From Phoronis australis (Eukaryota > Animalia > Phoronida), in contig NMRA01000741.1 of assembly GCA_002633005.1 (NCBI GenBank), forward strand, positions 1-64,000: a stretch of 64,000 bases of DNA, read 5' to 3'. Shown in pieces: positions 62,301-64,000 of this stretch. The position numbers and the translations under genes were made by a program. The first letter of the stretch is position 1, and each line of letters opens with the position of its first letter. Below the pieces are notes generated by a model. It saw only the letters and a program-made list of their open reading frames with translations, had not been told where the DNA came from and searched no databases.

Positions 62301-63712
62301 TTCTTCGAATGTGGCTAGACCAGATGCCTCGAGCGAAACACATTCAAATCCACCATTTAAACCCTCCTCAGCTTCATAGGAAAGTGTGAGCAGCCACTTC
62401 ACGACGACCTCTACCTTTTCTTGCACGGCCGAGATCTTGAGTCTTGGGTGGCGGCTCCTTTACCAATTCCACGCAAGAATGTCATTGCCAGACTCGGCTC
62501 TGAGGTATTGAGGGAGGCAAGACTCGTTAGAATCTTGCCTAGACTAAAGGCATCTGATTTTATTTTTGGGCTTGTTGGATGTCCCACTTGAAGTTCCGGT
62601 GCCAGGTGTAAGCACTTTTTTCTGCTCTGTATACGTAGCTCTGTGTGTGAAAATGATTGTTATATGGCTAGTTTCAGCACACAAAAAGGTCACACTCGGT
62701 GCACCCACAACACCACCGTAGAGAAACAACATGATTAGTTTCTAACACAAACTAATAGTTCCGATCTTTCTTGTCTCATGATTGGTCACTAAAACAGAAG
62801 TCGAGTAACTTCTGGCCCACTAACTACTGTATCGACGTATTATTGCTGAGGGGGTGTCAGAGTCGTATCATCCAAAAACCTCCCGGTACTTGTCGATTAA
62901 GTTGGGAGCCAGAGAGAAAAATTGGGTAAGAAACCAACAGGTTAGACAAAGATGTCTCATCAAATAAGTATTACAAATTTACGTTTTGAACAGAAGTGGT
63001 TCCTGTTGGCTCATTATTATTTTGTGACACATTCTCCCCTACCCTTTATCTGAGTGTTTCTTATCTTTAATTTTTTATCACTCAGTCCTCTATGCTCTAG
63101 TCAACAAGATGCTCGTGGCCATAATGAATAAAATGATTGACGCAGTACATATACCCGTTTTGATCTTTCTTCTATGTTGCTAGACCAGATGCCTCGGGCG
63201 AAACACATTTAAACCTACCATTTAAACCCTCCTGAGCGGTCATGGGAATGCGTGAGCAGCCACGAGGAGCTATACCTTTTCTTGTATGGCCGAGAGCTCG
63301 AGTCTTTGGTTTGGCATAAGATGGGCGGCTCTTTTACCAATTCCACGCAAGAATGGCATTGCAAGATTCGGCTCTGAGGTCTTGAAGGAGGCGAGACTCA
63401 TTAGAATCGTGCCTAGGCTAAAGGCATCTGATTTTGTGCTCGTTGGATGTCCCACTTGAACTTCCGGTGCCAGATGAAAGCACTCTTCTTTCTGTTCTGT
63501 ATCCACTGATAGCTCTGCATCTGAAAATGATTGTTATCTGGTCAATTTCAACACACAAAAACGTCACGCTCTGTTCAACCACACCTCCAGCGATACACAA
63601 TATTGGCTAGGCTATTTCCTTGCAGAAACTTAACAGTTCGGATCTTTCTTGTCTCATGATTGGTTACTAAAAGTGAGGAGTGAGGTTGAGTAACTTCTAG
63701 TCCACCCACTAT
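59345..63712 (-). repeat. tandem array of six diverged ~0.5-0.85-kb units, each a decayed protein-kinase C-lobe module
   Basis: Landmark AAATTTACG(T/C)TTTG recurs at ~59358, 59888, 60722, 61393, 62131 and 62975. Five units encode variants of HLAPEVQVGHPTSTKSDAFSLG.IL...HLMPNQRLEL (kinase subdomains VIII, IX, XI) on the minus strand, broken by stops and indels; the first unit keeps only the APE-like segment. Confidence 0.8.
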
Positions 63713-64000
63713 CGGAAATTTCCAAAGATAAGCCGATGAGCTTGTATTTGAAAATGAAAATTTTCAGGCGTTTTAGCAACACCAAATCAATGCTCGGGCG
63801 TTTATTCGGAAATGTGGCGTGTAAACGGAAAGTCAAAGTTTTGCTGACATGAAGATTTTTTTACTTAAAACTGGTTTTTTTATATTAGGTTTATAAATGC
63901 TTAGTTTTCCAATACCTTGTTCGTTCTATAAATGCTCCACAAAACTGAATTTGTGACAAAAAAATGACGCTGAGTGGGATTTTAAGAGGAACATTTCCAA

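Noticed and set aside
59345-63712. CRISPR-like or ribozyme-containing (retrozyme) array
   Set aside because: Units are long homologous blocks without short repeats and unique spacers. The single CTGATGA at ~61930 is not conserved in other units and lacks GAAA.

Overview
Eukaryotic (animal, probably marine invertebrate) genomic DNA, AT-rich and full of transposon remnants. Three spliced host genes can be reconstructed by hand with consistent splice phases: the 3' end of an OCIAD1/asrij-like gene (+, 1-805), a 15-exon LRRC74-like LRR + EF-hand gene (-, 4092-22419) and a 10-exon cyclin C (+, 38254-48519). There are also two intronless orphan ORFs near 27-28.6 kb. Mobile DNA includes two Penelope-like retroelements, each with an inverted pseudo-LTR and a minimal hammerhead ribozyme carrying the U3-A8 core variant. 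It also includes a palindromic double-tRNA element with an 11-bp TSD, RTEX-like LINE pieces, hAT, Kolobok, Academ-like and pogo-like remnants, and several MITEs with 5-bp TSDs. The most unusual features are a six-copy tandem array of decayed protein-kinase C-lobe modules (59.3-63.7 kb) and two copies of one DNA element that were each hit at the same site by unrelated retrotransposons. All calls come from manual reading; no database searches were run.
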